64,000 nucleotides of DNA from Lama glama (lineage: Eukaryota): the NCBI GenBank assembly GCA_028534125.1, contig CM052816.1, positions 86,802,001 to 86,866,000 of the forward strand. Direction: 5' to 3'. Every line of letters begins with the position of its first letter. The first letter of the stretch is position 1. The position numbers were made by a program, and so were the translations under genes. The notes under the pieces are model-generated. The model was not told where the DNA came from, did not search any database, and was given only the letters and a program-made list of their open reading frames with translations. Shown piece after piece: positions 54,259 through 64,000 of this stretch.

Positions 54259-54937
54259 TTTGATACTGTGATTCATTAAAAGAAATAAATATTCGGTCTT
54301 TGTCCCCTTTCTGGCACAATGCTCCTAAATCCCTGGGAATTTCTTAAGTGCTGAGAGCAAAAAAAAAAAAGATGTCTTTTGTTATGTTAATTAGGGTACT
54401 TCAGGACATTTACCTCAAGGTGGGGTCTGGTTGCCAGAAGAACCAACTGTGTTTAGGAAGTTGGAACTTTCAGTCCTATCTCCCCATCCCCATCTCAAGA
54501 GAGAGGAGAAGCACTCGAGGTTGAATTAATTTCCAGTGGCCAATGGTTTAATTTAACCTTGCCTATGCAATGAAAGCTCCATAAAAACCCAAAAGGATTA
54601 AGTTAGGAAGGTTTCTGGGTTAGTGAACACGTGGAGATTTGGAGAAAGTGACATGCTTGAAGAGGGCATGGAAGCTCTGAACTCTTTCCCTATACCTTGT
54701 CCTATGTATTTCTTTCTCTGGCTGTTCCTGAGTTGTATCCTTTTACAATAAACTAGTATCTAGTAAGCAAAACGTGGTATTCTTGGCTTACTGTGTTTGA
54801 AGGGGTGGGAGATCTGGTAGAACTGAGCTCTCAGCCTATGGAACCTGATGCCATTTCAGGGTAGATAGTGTCAGAATTGAGTTGAATATTAGAACACTCA
54901 GCTGGTGTACTGAGAATTGTTTGGGTGTATGTGGGGG
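54259..54937 (+). mobile_element. MER21-like LTR
   Basis: ggtctttgtccccctttctggcacaatgctcctaaatccctgggaatttc..gtagatagtgtcagaattgagttgaat. Confidence 0.75.
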
Positions 54938-55170
54938 TGCTGATCTGGAATAACCAGACTGCCAGATATTTCTCCAGCAAAGATGGGTTTATTTGGAATC
55001 AGCAGAGAATTGCAATTCAGGGTCTGCAACTATGGCGAGCCACGTATGCAAGTCCTTGCCGGGCAAGGGAAGAACACTTTTACAGAGAGAGAGAAGAAAA
55101 TTCGGAGGGCTATTTAAACAAAGAGCCTATGGCTTTTCATTGGCTGAGTCCTTGCCATGAAAGAATAGTC
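54938..55170 (-). mobile_element. ERV LTR fragment
   Basis: Starts TG; gggtttatttggaatcagcagagaattgcaattc..ttttcattggctgagtcc (minus-strand poly(A) signal and CCAAT). Confidence 0.5.
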
Positions 55171-55269
55171 TGTCAACCTCTCCCTCTACAGACACACACA
55201 CACACACATAAACACACTGGAAATTCATTCTCAGAGCATAAATAACTATATATTTAATACTGCATATTA

Positions 55270-55637
55270 TTTAAACAATTCAACTGAGTAAATTTGAAGA
55301 TTAAATTGGCTTTATTCAATGAGTTATGAATCAGGTAGCATCCCACTGAGCAAGCAGAAAGGAGCTCAAAGGAACTATACAAAGTGGAATAATTTTATAG
55401 GTATAAGGGAGAAGGAAATGGAAAAAATAGATTATCTCATCTTGCTTTGGGAGTGGAAAGAGCCTATGTGACAGATTACTTCATTGGTACTGACCAGAAA
55501 ATTCCAGACCAACCGATTAAGACTATATTCCTGGGGGAAGTTATAACTACCAGTTGGTTAGGAATTGAGTCTTGATTTGCTGACATGGAGCTAAGCACAA
55601 GTGACTCCATTTTGAGCCTATCATTTCTTTTTTAACA
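55270..55637 (-). mobile_element. ERV1-like solo LTR
   Basis: caactgagtaaatttgaagat..ggctttattcaatga..tgactccattttg..ttttaaca terminus. Confidence 0.65.
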
Positions 55638-56084
55638 AGATATGTGAGAATGTAAGTTACCTAGAGCTTTTACATCACATTGCAGAGGAATTTAGTGAAA
55701 TATGCATAGCCATGCTCAAATTATCTTAAGCATAAGCAAATGGTATCTTCAATCTTTCTCATAAGTGTTTTATGTACATATGCAAATAGTGTAGAAAACT
55801 ATTTTTATATGTGAATTATTTACTAGAATAGCAATCATTTGAGTATTTAAAGAGTATATTTTAGCAGCTTCTATGGATTTATTGTGATTTACAGTGAGAG
55901 ACTGTAGACAGCATATGAAAAATGTTGTACATGTTTTTTCCCTCCACATCTAAATTTAAGAACTTCAATAATGCCTGCATAATTTGGTAATATTTCCTCA
56001 TGTATTTGATTGTTAAAAAGACCCATGCTGTTATCATCAACTAGCTTAGATGATATACTTCAGTCAGAGAATAACATAAATGCC

Positions 56085-56484
56085 TGTCTTAGTCATCTTA
56101 GGTTGCCGTAACATAACAGACTGGGTTGCTTAAACAACATTAATCAGAAATTACTTTTCTCACAGTTTTGGAAGCTGGAAGTCTGCGGTCAGGGTGATAG
56201 CATAGTTGCTTTCTGGTGAGAGCTCTCTTCCCGGCTTGTACATGGCTGCCTTTTAGCTATTTCCTCACATAGCTTTCCCTTGGTACATGCGGGTACAGAG
56301 AAAGGGAGCTCTCGGGAATCTCTTCTTATAAGGACACAAATCCTATTGGATACGGGACCCACTCTTACAGCCTCATTAAGCCTTAATTACTTCTTTAGAG
56401 ATTCTTCTTTAAAATACAACCATGCTAGGGATTTCAACACGTGAATGTGGGGCGGGGGAGGACACAAACATTCAGTCCATAACA
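56085..56484 (-). mobile_element. MLT1A-type MaLR solo LTR with 5-bp TSD
   Basis: tgtcttagtc...ggacacaaacattcagtccataaca; flanks atgcc / atgtc. Confidence 0.9.
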
Positions 56485-58995
56485 ATGTCAGAGCGCATAA
56501 TTTTGCTTATGATAGTAGGTACAGAGGAGCCATGTTGGAAAAACTCAGGTCATCTGTGAAGCATACATAAAGTGATATTATACAGAAGGTTTCTTTGGCA
56601 ATTTCAGGGAAACATTAGTTATTATGATTTATTGCCATTGAAAATATATATTATACCTAGTATGACTGACAGAATTTTGGATAATTGCCACAGCTACCTT
56701 AAATGGATCTACCATGTTTAAGTAGTATTGGTATACAATTATCTTCCAGAACTAAAAAAATCACAATCATATTTATTTTGTACAACTATAATTAACTCCA
56801 GAAATCAAACTTCTTTGTTTATATACAAGTTTTAAATGATATGCAAAACTTTGATTTGTAAATATATAATACAGTTTTATAGTAATTTACATTTACTTGC
56901 CTTTTTTATAAGGTATGTCTTTGTTTTATTGGTAAGGTCAGTAACAATCTTCTCGATTTCTATGCAATTGCTTTAAAGTCGCCAGGCTTTCCAAATCACT
57001 AGCTCTCACTCTCTGCTCCTGACTCCTGTCTGGAGGGAGGCCATGTCTTTCTCTCTGCGTCCCTTTCCTTCTTCATTTCAAGAGTCTCAATGCTGTTTTC
57101 TAGGAGTTTGGTGACCACCAATAAACTCTTTAGTAGATGTTTTTGGTGATATTATTTTGATACATTCCTGTTTGCTAAAAATGCACATGCTAAATACATT
57201 GAATAGTTAAAATATACTCTGCAGGCATGATGGAGAAATGTTTTACAAAGAGACCCCTGTGAAGGAAAGAACAACTCCTTGTTTGAGTGATTGTTCATGC
57301 ACAGATAACTCAAGAAGTAAGTGAAATTAACAACCTGGATCCATAGAAATAAGCCATTCATTCATTTTTTCAACAATCATTTTTTTTTTCCAAACGGACT
57401 ATGGGGGAAAAACTGACATTAAAAAAAAATAAGAGGAGATTGTGAATTTAAGTAAAACAAAAATAAGTGTCATTTTCTTTTGGGGTGTTTGGATAGATGA
57501 ATAAGTGCTATTCATAGAAGACAAAGGAAGTCAAATAGCTCTTGTCATCAAAAAGAAGACAAAATGGCTAAAGAAACGTTAAAATACTTCTCTGGTAAAA
57601 ACATGAGACTGCCTTAGAAGAATGATCTTTAATTTATTTAAGCAAAATAAAGATTTTTCTGTGTCTATAATTATTTTGTATAAATATTTTACTATCAAAA
57701 ATGACTATTTTAAAAGTATCTTGTATTTTCTTGTTAAACTTCCCATTCTTACAGTTTTCCCTTGAATTTTTCCTTTATTACAGAAAATACTTTCTGAGCA
57801 TATAGCAGATGCCAGAATTTAACAAGTACAAAATCAACAGAAATACAATTACTAGATTTACCCAGAAATATACAAGAGTTCTGTGACTTCGTGCAAGACA
57901 TTATAAACTAGAAAGAATGGAAATATTTGAATGTAGGGATAGAAATAAATAAGTTTTAAATAGAAAATGTCAGGTAGCACTCGACATATGTTAATGAGAA
58001 TCTTTGTTGCAAACAGCAGAACCAACTGGCTACCTTAATCAGGAAATATTTCATCGGAAAAATATATTTTAAAAAATCCATAGTCCCTAAGTAATGACAC
58101 AAAATAGGACCAACAATGGTAGACAGCAAGGGAGGCTTGGAGAGCAGAAACAGGCACCAACATGTTGCTAATCAGGTGGTGAGACCATCGCCCTGTTCTC
58201 ATTCCCTCTGGGTGCAGTACATCTTCTCATTCGGTCTCACCTTGTCCTTTTGTCTATATGCCCTTGCTGTAATCCCACAGGATGGAAAGTAATAGTTGTC
58301 AATCTTAGGTTACCCTTCTTCTAGCTTCAGGGGTGAAGAGGAGGGTTTTTCTAATATTGAGTAGAAAAACTAAGTTAAAATAAAGCAAATTCTCTATTCA
58401 GTACATAAAGGACATAATTAATGTTGAAAAAACTGATACTATGAGGGGGTTATTTTGAATAATTATTTTTAAGAATGCAAAAGAACAAAAAAGGTATTTT
58501 AAAAAGTAAATGAATATACATATATAGATTCAGAAGTTTAAATCTAATTCAAGTATGGGATGTTTCAGAAGATGAAACAGAAAGAGAGTAATAGTGGCAA
58601 TAATCAAACAGTTGAATTAATCATTTCTCAATTGTAAAAATATTTGAATCAGCTACATTAAAAATAATCTTTTTTATTTGATAAGATTATCAAATATAAA
58701 ATAAAGAAAAAATGGTTTTTCTCACAGGAACAAAATTCAATTCACATTATTCTTTTCTGCAAATCTCAGTGCTCCACTCAGAAAATGATTTTTTTAAAAA
58801 GGAATCCATAAATGATGTAACAATATCAATAAAATTGTCATCTATTCAACTATTAAGACAAAAGAAATTATTTCCAGATATAAAAATAAAAAAAGAAAGC
58901 CAAATATGTCTTTCACTGAAAACTATCTTGAAAATGAAATATAACACTAACTGATAAAATATTAAAGAAAAAAGGACAATGAAAAGGAGTCCTCA

Positions 58996-59191
58996 TAGAT
59001 AAACAACAAGTTCCTACTATATAGCACAGGGAACTATATTCAATATCCTGTAGTAACTTACGTTGAAAAAGAATATGAAAATGAATATATGTATGTTCAT
59101 GTATGACTGAAGCATTATGCTGTTCACCGGAAATTGACACAACATTGTAAACTGACTATAATACTTCAATAAAATATACATATATACAAAA
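58996..59191 (+). mobile_element. Short L1 3' tail insertion with TSD
   Basis: tatagcacagggaactatattcaatatc..tacttcaataaa; flanks aaaaggagtcctca (58982-58995) / aaaaggagtcttca (59192-59205). Confidence 0.9.
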
Positions 59192-59454
59192 AAAAGGAGT
59201 CTTCAAATACATAAATATAAAATGCTAATTATAAATAATCTCTGTAAATGTAGTCACAACATTGAATAAAAACAATGATAATATTTTAGAAGTAATTATT
59301 ATATCTCAAAGTAAGTTAATCTAAGGATATAAACCCAATTATTACAAAAATCATTTAATTTAGAATAATTAAATGTCAAGTATATTTATTTTCTTATCAA
59401 AGGTTCAGGACAATTGAACTTATCTTTGCTCTTAATTTAATCATATATGTCCCA

Positions 59455-60321
59455 TTTTATTTTTTAATTTAATTATAGTTGATTTACAACATTATAGTAG
59501 TTTCAGGTGTACAGCATAGTGAATCAGTATTTTTGCAGATTAAACCCATTATAAATTATTACAAGCTGATGGGTATAATTTCCTGTGCTATATAATGTAT
59601 CCTTGTTGCTTATCTATTTTATGCCCAGAAGTTTATATCTGTTGACCCTATACACCTAATTTGTCTCTCCTCCCTTCCCTCTCGCCTTTCAAGTTTGTTT
59701 TCTACATATGTAAGTTTGTTTCTGTTTTGCATATACATTCATTTGTATCATTTTTAGATTTTATATATAAGTGAGAAGACACACAGATGGGTAATAGGCA
59801 CATGAAAAGATGCTCAACATCATTAATTATTAGCCATATGCAAATCAGGACATCAATGGGCTATCACCTCACACTTGTCAGAATGGCTATCATCAAAAAG
59901 TCCACAAATAACAAATGTTGGTAAAGATGTGAAGACCTACACTGTAGGTAGGTATGCAAATTGGTGCAGACACTACAGAAAACAGTATGGAGATTCCTCA
60001 AAAATTTAAACATAGAACTACTGTATGATCCAGGAATTCCACTCCTGGGTATACATCTGGAAAAAACAAAAACACTAATTCAAAAAGATACATGCACCTC
60101 AATGTTCATAGCAGTACTACTTACTATAGCCAAGACACGGAAGCAACCCAAGGGCTCATCAGCAGACAAATGGATAAAGAAGACGTGGTTATATATACAA
60201 TGAAATACTACCCAGCCATTAAAATGAGTGAAAGTTTACCATTTGCAGCAACATGGATGGATCCAGAGAATACTGCTCTTAGTAAAATAAGTCAGTGGAG
60301 AAAGACAAATACTGTATGATA
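59455..60321 (-). mobile_element. LINE-1 with inverted 5' segment (59455-59775 minus, about 59776-60321 plus)
   Basis: 3'UTR on minus, then ORF2 C-terminus ([25 protein letters not shown]) on plus, ending where the minus piece begins in L1 coordinates. Confidence 0.88.
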
Positions 60322-61089
60322 ATACCCCATTGTGTTTTGCATGAAAAAAACTACCACTACCAACATAAAAACGCTTTTTTCTCTACCAAGCTTATCCAGA
60401 AGCTTAGAGTGATAGTACATACAGAAAAGTACATGAGACAAAAATCAGTAATTACTTAATATCTAAATATATTAAAAGAATTTTTAAAATTTAGAGTAAA
60501 GCTCAAGGTACAAATGTTTTATGTAAATATGAGAAAGACATACAGGAATGTTACCATTTGTTATTCATAGACAGTAGAATTAGACTTTCATTAATTTATA
60601 TATCCTAAATCTCAAGATTTTCTACTCTGACCAATTTTTTAATCAGAAAAACAACAAACAGTAAAGGTATTAAATTAATACATTTTTAAAAGGTGTGAAA
60701 TTAAATAGCAGAAGTATATATTCACATTGCAAATTTCAACATCATTACTTTTATAAGAAAATAAATCCAAATCAATCAGGTGATTTTTCACTTCATGTAT
60801 TTTTACTTAGGGATGAGTATCATATAAACTAAAAAGTAAAATGTCTAATTCAAGATCATATTAGATAATGATATATTGATATTTTAGAAAAAGTTATTAA
60901 TATACATACCCAAGATTTTTATTTACTTCTTGGCACAATGCTTTCACAAAATCATTATTTGGGTTATTTTTATTTGCCACTTAGACATTTTCACAAGAAG
61001 AATTTAATGTGTTATTCAGTTTATCAGTCAAATCAAGTTATAGAAAGCCCTAAATATATTTGTATTCACCAAAGTCTATCAAGTGTCTG

Positions 61090-61292
61090 GACAAGTGATA
61101 TGCAATAAACTTCCTACAATGATGGAAACTGTATCTTTGCTGTCTAGTATAGTAGCCCCATTCTTCTATGTATATGAAATGTGGCTAGAGTGACTAAGGA
61201 AATATATCATTATTTTTCTTTCATCTTAATTAGTATAAATTTAAATTTATAATAGTTTCATGTGGGTAGTAGCCACTGCCTTGTGCAATACA
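61090..61292. mobile_element. MER3-like hAT-Charlie element
   Basis: aacttcctacaatgatggaaa..gctgtctagtatagtagcc..gaaatgtggctagagtgactaagga..catgtgggtagtagccactg. Confidence 0.75.
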
Positions 61293-61904
61293 GGTCCTTT
61301 ATTACATAATACATTATTCTTCATGTATGTCATGTGTCAATGCTCTCCATTTATGTTTTTCACATATAACATTATAATTAAGAACCAACAATGTCTTTTA
61401 AATAGCAATAAGTTAGATTCTAAAAGTCTTGTTTTCTTGTTACAGTTCCTGTAATTAATTAGAATTAATTAATTAGAATTTGAGTTAATTAATTCAGATA
61501 TATGCTACTTTTAAAAATGAGTTTGTTATCTATAAAATGTTCAGTTAATATAAGTATTCACTAATGGATCATTTATCTCTAAGAATCCACAATTACCTGA
61601 TATATCTAAGACATATGTAATAATGTATAAGAATTTGTAATTCTGGAATCCACAGATGGGTGTAATAATCTGGACATGGTGCTCATAACATTAGACTAAA
61701 ATTGCTCATTTCATAAATAGAGAAAATAATGAGTAACTCAAAGATATCAGATGTTGATTTAAACAGTTTCTGGAACACAGTCAAAAGCCAGTAATTCTGC
61801 TATTTTTGACATATGGCAGAGACTTAATTTTTCCACAGAAGTCTTCTTCCTTATTGCACCAGGACTACTGACTTCTTGCAAGCATATTTCTTACCTTGGT
61901 TTGT

Positions 61905-63875
61905 AAACAGGTATGGTTTTATGACTAACTATGGCTGCTGGGTTGTGTGTGGAAATAATATGCACAGATTATAGGCCACCTCTTTAAAAGGAGGATTGGC
62001 CTTCACTTCCTTTATCCTACAAGCTACAAGGCAGAAACAGTGAACCAGCTGGCAGTGCAAACCAGTATAACAGCTTAGGGAGTGTTTTACAAGTGAGACA
62101 TATCCCAAGAAGTTAAATGTCCCTGTGGAACGGAGCTTTCTACTCACTATGGACCATCAAATATCCTCTGCAATATTACATAAGAAGGAAGAGATATTCA
62201 TTTGTGCTGGAACTCTTTGTTACGGAGGTTTAACTTATACTCCATGAATACATGAAATTGATACTTGAAAACATGATGCTTTCATAACCAAACAAATCTA
62301 AAATATGTAGCACTGGCTTAGCAGTTGGCATGCAAGGAATACATATAATGCAGGATAGAAAGTTTATCTTGGCAAACAGGTGGTAAAACTGTCACTCATG
62401 TATGGACACAGAGCATATGTAGAACACAGATGATGTGCTGATTGAACCTGTAATGATTAAAAAAAAAAAACCCTAAAATTATTGGTACTCCTTGATGGTT
62501 CTGGCAGATATCAGAAAGGGAATGATTCAGGGAAAATCAGTTAATTTACAAGCAGAAATGGAAGAAATTCAGCTCTGCTCTAGGAAAATGTCTATGCATA
62601 TGGCCTACAATTTAAATTGACTGAAATTTCGATAATGTTGAGCCTCAGCAGTGGAAAAGCCAAAGGCTTCTGAAGCCCAAGCAGCAGGAGATAGCACTGT
62701 CATTCAGTGTTTTTCTAGAGCCTCCAGTTAAGCGTCAGACAGCGGGAGCCGGCTCAGCTGCAAAAAAGAGATTAATGGTGTTGCTCTCCCCAACTCATTC
62801 CAAGCTCGCTGTTTCAGCTGGCCTCTCAAGAATTGTGACCAGATGTGATCTGCGAGTGTCAAAACCATGAGAAGCAAATAAACCAAAAGCCTCTGAGGGG
62901 ATCTGCATCCCTGAAGAAACATAAACCACAATCCCAAGGCTGAAATGTCTGTTCAGTCCACGGACGTCGGTGCCCACTTTAGAAAAGGCCAAAGAGGATA
63001 ATTGACAAGAAAGAGCCTTCTACAGGGGAAAGCCAGGCTCTGTGGAGGGTAATGGAAAAGAGAATTTTTAAAGGCTAGGTCTAGGGTTGCCAGATGGATA
63101 ATCATGGAAATTTCTCTATGCAGGGCAGGGAGTTTCACAGTTACTACCCACAGAGGTTGATAAATGCTATAAAATATTGACTGCAGTATGCTTTCCATAC
63201 TTTGCCCTCCCCCTTTTTTCAGTTATCTTGCTCATTCTTCACCAATTTATATTGGGTGGAGCAGATAATGTGTCTTTTAAGTAAAGATCACCAGGAAATG
63301 AAGAGCCGTTCCTTGAGTGGCTGCAAAGTACAATGCCTCTCCGGAGAACCTGCAGGATGACGTCCATTCAGCAACTAGTAAGTTCTTTGAAGAGTGACTG
63401 GCAGTGACATATATAGAAACTTGAACAGACTGAAGGGGATATTTTTAACGGAGTCCTATTTTCTGCCTGATCTTTTTCTTTTAGTAATAGAATACACCAG
63501 TTTCAAATGAGCAATTGGCCACACAGCACTGGTCCACCCACGTCTCCCTTGCATCTAATGGCAGTGGCTATGTAGCAATGTTCTGGTCACTGGGATGCAA
63601 AAATGAGACAGGCAACTTTTGTGGATCATATCCATAGAAGGAAGCCTTCTATCTACTCTTTCCTATCTTGCCCTCTATCTACTTCTTCCTTTTTCTTGCA
63701 AGCTGCAGCAGTGATATATTATGAATGCTTTAGTTTTGACCATGTAAATGAGTAAAATACTGTAAGGCACAACAGAACTACAAGAGTAAAGAAACCTGAA
63801 TTCCAGGGTGACCTCTTACAACAGAGCCAGCTATTCACTCTGGTCAGCCCATTTTTCTGGACCTAATCTGATTTT
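61905..63875 (+). mobile_element. Ancient MaLR (MLT1-type) LTR-internal-LTR element
   Basis: 5' LTR ends ctctttgttacggaggtttaacttatactccatgaataca (about 62252); MaLR-internal-like start follows (gaaattgatac..aaatctaaaatatgtagcactggctt); a second homologous LTR lies at about 63450-63875. Confidence 0.65.
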
Positions 63876-64000
63876 CTAGTTTCAATCATGGCATACCATT
63901 TAAATTCCATATATGACAAGGTTTTCCTTATCTCTGAAGTGCAAGAAGTTTACAATATATATTCTATATGGGTATTTCTGCAATGTAGTGTGAAATTTCA

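Overview
AT-rich mammalian (eutherian) genomic DNA with two assembly gaps (1837-2336, 500 N; 15336-15435, 100 N). I found no intact protein-coding gene, tRNA, rRNA or CRISPR array; it looks like a gene desert or a very large intron. The one gene-derived feature I recognise is a decayed processed pseudogene of LIN37 (DREAM/MuvB subunit) on the minus strand at about 14175-14885. Most other recognisable sequence is interspersed repeats: LINE-1 fragments of several ages (three with twin-priming-type 5' inversions, several with target-site duplications), ERV1/ERVL/MaLR LTRs including an old LTR-internal-LTR MaLR, MIR/L2, DNA transposon remnants, microsatellites and short tandem duplications. The young L1 3' ends look cetartiodactyl, possibly camelid (inference). 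Repeat subfamily names come from recalled consensus sequences, not a search, and are tentative. I cannot support a new biological system here; the findings concern retrotransposition history.
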